Shown here one piece after another: positions 58,401 to 64,000 of a stretch of 64,000 bases of DNA. Location: positions 2,852,001 through 2,916,000 of the forward strand of contig SMSO01000025.1 in assembly GCA_004764695.1 (NCBI GenBank), in the 5' to 3' direction. Made by a program: the position numbers and the translations under genes. The notes under the pieces were generated by a model. That model made no database searches, was not told the origin of the DNA, and saw only the letters and a program-made list of their open reading frames with translations. Each line of letters starts with the position of its first letter. The stretch's first letter is position 1. Source of the stretch: Schizochytrium sp. TIO01. Its lineage: Eukaryota > Protista > Bigyra: Labyrinthulomycetes.

Positions 58401-61400
58401 ATCTCCATCAAAATTTAATCACGATAATTATGATACTCCAGCATCGATATAGTGAACGCGGCTACGGTAAGCTTGGGGTGTTGGAATACCTTATGAGATG
58501 GCTCAGCATGGGCCCTCGTTGCTTCTGGGTGCACGCCGAAGTGGATTGCTCATTAGTTTCTATTTTTATTTTATTTATTTTTAATTAAACAATTAAAGTT
58601 AGAATGAATTATAGATATTGGGGTCAGAAGTCATGGAAATAAGAAGTAAATACATAGAGGGTTTCCAGTGAATTTCTTATCCTATCAATTGTGGAAAGGC
58701 GATGCTTTTCCTGGCCAATGCTGTCAGAAATACACAGCTGCGATGTGATCCAGATAAGGGCTCAATTGTTTATCTCCTTGATGATTCGGTCCGATTAGCC
58801 ATCGTAGTTCAATGGATCGCATTTCTGGCGATTTGCTCAGAGGCCGCTACGCAGATGCAGTGTCGTAGCCAATCTCAGGCAATGGATTGATGATGTACCA
58901 GCAAATTTCTGCTTGATTTGTTTCTCAAGCTTTATCATAAAATAAATATGCAAAGTGAAACAAAAACACTTGAACGAACTCCTGGATCACCCAGTGAATC
59001 TCTGCAACTATGTTTCGTAGAGGTCTTTTCAAATTTAAATTACGTTAGAAAGAGAGTGGAGAGTGGATATAAGATTGCTCAACATCGAGACTTACATTCG
59101 AACCGTGACGGTGCGCGTTTTCACAAACCGGGTTTTGCAGCACCAACTATAATAGCTACTGGTGCATAAATGCAGTGTTTCGAGGAACGGCGCATGCAAG
59201 CAATCTGGCTTCGAGCAAGTTTCAATTCGCCAGCAAACTTAGACAGTTTTTTGTTTTGTTTGTTTTTTTACAACAAAGGTGAAGAAATCTTAATCCTCTT
59301 CATCTCAATTGTACGCTTACACTCCCATAGCAATCTCTAAGTGCACGTAAAAGAATGATTGTATGCCGTGCTCTCTGAGGCTGCCGAGTTTGCATGCTGT
59401 AAGTTGCGGAATAACGATTGGAAGCAGCCGTAACTAGAAATATACTAAATCAGAGGTGGGTGAGAGTACCTTTCACTATTACTTCTATTTTCCTTTTCCA
59501 AGAGAAAAAAACAAAAAAAAAACAGAATATATACAACTAAGAAGACACAGATCTGGCGCGTGAAAGAGATTTCTTCGTTGCGCGTTCTTCTTTCGTTGGG
59601 TTTTCGAGTTCTTTGCCATTCAAGCGGTAGGACTTTGCCTGCTCCAGGTTTAACCCCGCTTGCCTGCTATCCTGTAGGTTTTCGGGAGAACCAATCTCCC
59701 GGCGTGGAGCAGTCTGATTGGCTGTCGCTCGATCGGAGAGGATTGGAATGGTAGCTCACGCCCGAGAACGCGAAGGGTGTCTTCTTCCTCGCCTCGCCAT
59801 CTCGCTCCCGGCTGTGCGTCCTTGCATATTTATGTCTCCAACAAATGTTAAAAGCCGCTTACTCATTCGAGCGACTTTATTTCTCTTTCTGCCAGAACCT
59901 TAAACAACTCTATAAAACCATGTTTTAAGTATTTTATTTGGCCAAAATCTGCGTCTTTCCTATATGAACGAAGCCCAGCAGCACGTGCACACCAGCAGGG
60001 CTCGCAAGAGTAGTCGAACTTGAAACAAAGCTTCTGATGAAACTTACAGCATGCATGACTCGAAGAGGAGCCGCGATCTGGCTGGTCGGGGAACTGGCGT
60101 AAGTGAATAGACTCGGTATCAAGGTTTCTCAGAGTTTTCAGTCATCTCCTCGACGATTCGCTATGATCCGTGGAAGACTAGCAACGCCCTTGAACAAAGC
60201 AGCTACTCCTTTAGACATCATCACGGCGACCCTAGGCCTTCACTCGATCTTGCCAATTAAACCCTACAATAGGCCTGCCTCCTTTTTCGTTTCTCAAGTA
60301 AGGTAGGTATGATATCATAATATACAGTATTTTTTTTAATAAACATTAAAAAATATATATTTATAATAAAATTATCTTTACTGTAAAAATAAAATAAAAT
60401 GCTTTTTAGTTGGAATAGTTTTAATTCCAAGTGAGCAATAAATTAAATACGGACCCTTGGTGCGAATTCGTATTCGTATCCATTTATCCGGACGCTACCG
60501 CTGCACATCCCTTTCTCTCTATATATACTGCGCTACACCTCTTCGGTTTGCATCCCTAATCTATCCCTAATCAGCCGGCTGTTTTCCATTACACGAGGCC
60601 ATCTCTTGGCAGGCAGGCGGGCAGGCACTCACTCATTCACTCAACAAGTCGTTCAAACGAACAAGCGAAGCAAGCAAACTCAAGATCGCAAGTGTTCTCA
60701 ATGTTCCCAATTTCTCACCGTGCTCCAAACGTTCCTCTCATATCGTCGCAAACCCGTGCTTCAATTGAAAAGAAAGTCTTCAGCTGGGCTACCAGTTCCC
60801 GCAAAACCTTCGTCATGCTTAGCAGTTCTCCGTTCAACCGACCTCGAATCGACCTCGCCTTCGAAGGGCTCCAAGGCAGACTAATCCATATTTTGATTGG
60901 TGACTTGCAAATTGTAGTGCCTTGCTCTGCTTGCAACTCTGAAGAGAAGTGTGCAGTCTTAATCTATGGCGCACGCGCCGATTAGAACAAACGCAAGGAT
61001 TAAAAGCGCCTCATGTAGCTAAGCAGGGAGCTCGATCCCTGAGCATTATCATGACTCTTGAGGATCACCATCATGATTGCTTCTGATTACCTTATTTTCA
61101 TCATTTTGTCAGGCGTCGCCGATGCCACCTTCAAAGTTGCTTTCCCACGAGCTTCCAAAGGGGCACACTGTGCATCATCATTAGCATCACCATCATGAGC
61201 TTTCCACCCTCTTAAAGTCTAATCCAGTTTATTATTTCTTACCACATTTTAAAAGTTTCCCTTCTACTTTTCAAGTTTTTTTTGTCTTGTTTTTTCTCTG
61301 TTGTTTGCAACTTGGAAATTTTTAGTTTCACTTTTAGTTTTAAAACTAACATATGTTAGACTATAAATTGGCGACTCCTAATTTTCAACGTTGTGTGGAA

Positions 61401-62409
61401 ATATACTATTTTTTAGTTTATGGCTTTGCAAAAACTCATGTAATTGTTAATCACTTTTTTTTTTTTTTTTTTTTTTTCTGAGTGAATATAAATAAAGAGG
61501 ACCTAGGAAAAGGTACTGCACCTTTTCGTCAAATTATGAGAAGAAGAAGCGCAAATATAGGTGCTAAGACCTAGTCCAAGCCGCTTGTGATGAGGAAGGA
61601 CGAGAAGAAGATCACTGAGAAGAGGAACAAGTTGAAGTCCTATAGAGCGCCTCCCAGCTGGCATCAACGAGAAAAACACTTCATCTTCTTTCCGTCTTTC
61701 ATATGTATGTCTTGTAATTTGGTTTGTTTTCTTTTAGAGGTTGTGTTTTAGTTTGCAATGGTCCTTCGCAAGATCCTGGTTTTGAAGATTGCCACAGCAA
61801 GGAAAGGCAATGTTCGCTCGCGCATTTGTCACGACGGCCGCGGGCGAGAAACTGTTTGAGAGACGAGGCAGCTGTCCTGGCATCAAGTTCAGGCATCTGT
61901 CTGGCATGAATGTTGATGAAAATAAAACACTCCTGCCGAATGGAATTCTTGGGAGTCATTCAATCCCATTTCCAAGCTCATGCTACTATTTAGCGCGTAC
62001 TGACTAAGCAGTAACCCAAATTAAATAGAATAAATAATTAAATAAAACTAACAATCTAACTAACATCTAGCTCGCGCACGCAGCCAACTAACTAACGTAC
62101 CGACTAACTAACTAATCGATTCGAAGAACTAACGAACTTGATTCAAGCTGGCCGAAGTAACAGCAAAGATCGAGCTTTCGCCGGCTCGAGGCCTCCCAAG
62201 CTGCGATTGGGCTCGATCGACTCGCAGTTCTTCTGCGCAAGCCTCCTTTGCGTCATTCTTCTTCTCCTCCTGAAGCGGCTTTTTAGGCGCCTGCTCGTTC
62301 TTGGTAGCCTCAACAGCCAAAGCAGAGAGACGTCTCAGGGACCACAGCAGTGCGTCCCCACCTCCCTGCTTGCTGGCCTTGTTCGCACACTTTCATTTTT
62401 TTGATATAG

Positions 62410-62411
62410 GA

Positions 62412-62450
<39 letters not shown>

Positions 62451-62452
62451 AA
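62410..62452. repeat. (AAAT)n microsatellite
   Basis: About 10 tandem units. Confidence 0.9.
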
Positions 62453-64000
62453 TCAGTTTTCGCAAAGGGTGTTTTTAATTTCTTGGGAAAGGTGAGAGAA
62501 AGAAAAAAAGAAATTAAAAAGTAGGAATGCATGCCAAAAAGGGGGATCTTCGTGCTGATTGGTTTCGTGGAAGTGGTCAGATGAACTAGTCAAGTTTGGG
62601 GGATCAAGCGCGGCTCGAGACGAGCTGGCGCACGCTCATGCGTGCTTTCCTCCCTCTCTCTTCCTACGGGTTTGCTGGGGAATATGGTTCGCTTGGCGTG
62701 CGCAGGCGCAGCGGCTCGGCTCGGCTCGGCTCGGCTTGGTTCGTGCGATAAGAGGCTTTTACAATCACTTTTGATCGCAACTCTTCTTATAAAAAGAATA
62801 TGTTTTTCATTTTTCATTTTTTTTTTTAAATAAAGATGCTTATGAGGTTCTTCTCAAGTTTTAGAAAAAGCAAAAGCAAAGAATCCATGAACATTGTCAT
62901 TGCCGCCTGGTGAGGCAGCCACAGGGGCGAGGCAAGCCTTAAGTTATCCTTCTTACACACAAACAAAGGATTGTCTGCCGCCTTCTCGTTGCGGCTACTT
63001 TCCAGCGTGCTTTATACTAGCAATGCCTCAGAAACACAGCGGCTCTAGCCTGCCCCCCCCCCCCCCCCGCCCCTCTTTTTAGTGTGAAAGAATTATACCC
63101 TTCTTTCTAAATCTAAATTAGTTCTTCAGTTAGCTCAATGTTTTTATTCGTCTGTTTTCGTCTCTCATATGGAGTTCACCCCGCGGTCGGCACGTGAACT
63201 AACCTCCATTTACCTTATACACTAAGAGATGCAAGGGAGGCTCCTTGTCAAACAGTCTACGAGCAACCAAAAAGATCAGAGTGATGGTGAAAAGTCGCAC
63301 GCTGCTTGTGCACATAGAAAAGAAGAGGCCGGAGGCGTCTATTATCCTCATTTTTAGGCACCATTAATCGAATTTTTCATTAGACAAGGGTCATCAAGTT
63401 GAATTGCATATTATCATTTTCTTATAAAAGATTAGTGAGAGTGGAGGAAAGAGGGACTATGTTTTTATAAAGAGTTATCTTGATCTTGAGTTGATCTTGA
63501 GTCAAGAAAGCACGTCAGACAAGGATCGGAGGCAATGCGCAAGAAAGACATGCGCATGAGACGCTGGCAGCCAGAGAGCAGGGCAGCTGTGAAGACGGAG
63601 AGACAGTGGTTGCAAAGGAGGAGGAGGACTGCCGTGCCCACAGAGAGGAATTTTGGCAAACTAAAGTCTTTTGCTCTGCTTTAAAATACTTTTCGTTAAG
63701 AAATTAATAAGAAAAGTTTTTAGGTAAAGTATTTCTTTATTTGAGAAGTTTTCATACCTCCTAAGATTGGAAAACATAAACATGGTGACTCTGACCGACT
63801 TACTTCTAATGGATTAAAGAATAAGTCGAGGGGGCTTGTTATTTACTTTTCTTCAAGCTTTCTTCTATGCGCTCGTGCTCCTGAGGAACACAACACGACG
63901 GAGAAAGCATAATTAGTTGATATAGTTAAATTTATTTATTTTTGTTTTCTCAAAAATTGAAAAAGGTTATTAAATAAGTAAGTGTAAATCATACTTGCGC

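Noticed and set aside
1-64000. tRNA, rRNA and snoRNA genes
   Set aside because: No cloverleaf or rRNA signatures were found by eye; the C/D-box-like words near 2108 and 53752 lack terminal stems or convincing guides.

Overview
This is eukaryotic nuclear DNA, not prokaryotic. It carries long single-exon genes, one clearly reconstructable spliceosomal GT-AG intron in a CDS, likely 5'-UTR introns, and microsatellite-rich intergenic DNA with AT-rich islands. The intron-poor layout and gene set suggest a heterotrophic stramenopile such as a thraustochytrid or labyrinthulomycete; this is an inference, not proven. Thirteen genes are supported: a phytochrome-type hybrid histidine kinase (7949-11389), a GTPBP1/2 translational GTPase, COG1, a divergent V-ATPase proteolipid, a K+-independent H+-pyrophosphatase, a BRCT/F-box/kinase fusion, a GPAT3/4/9-type acyltransferase, an HS2ST/UST-like sulfotransferase, an intron-containing OCA/Siw14-family phosphatase-like gene, a GT31 C1GALT1-like glycosyltransferase, EMC6, an ARM-repeat protein and an Amt ammonium transporter. 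Positions 1-7.9 kb and 51.1-64 kb contain no recognisable genes. The main highlights are: (1) a complete biliverdin-type phytochrome (N-terminal Cys, PAS-GAF-PHY-HisKA-HATPase-REC) with unusual chromophore-pocket substitutions; (2) a tandem-BRCT + F-box + kinase protein whose catalytic lysine appears moved from beta-3 to beta-2 in the WNK register; (3) a loop-remodelled V-ATPase c paralog convergent with a proton-pumping pyrophosphatase; (4) a Cys-to-Asp pseudophosphatase; (5) a concentration of Golgi glycan and acidification genes. All family assignments come from motif recognition by eye; no searches were run.
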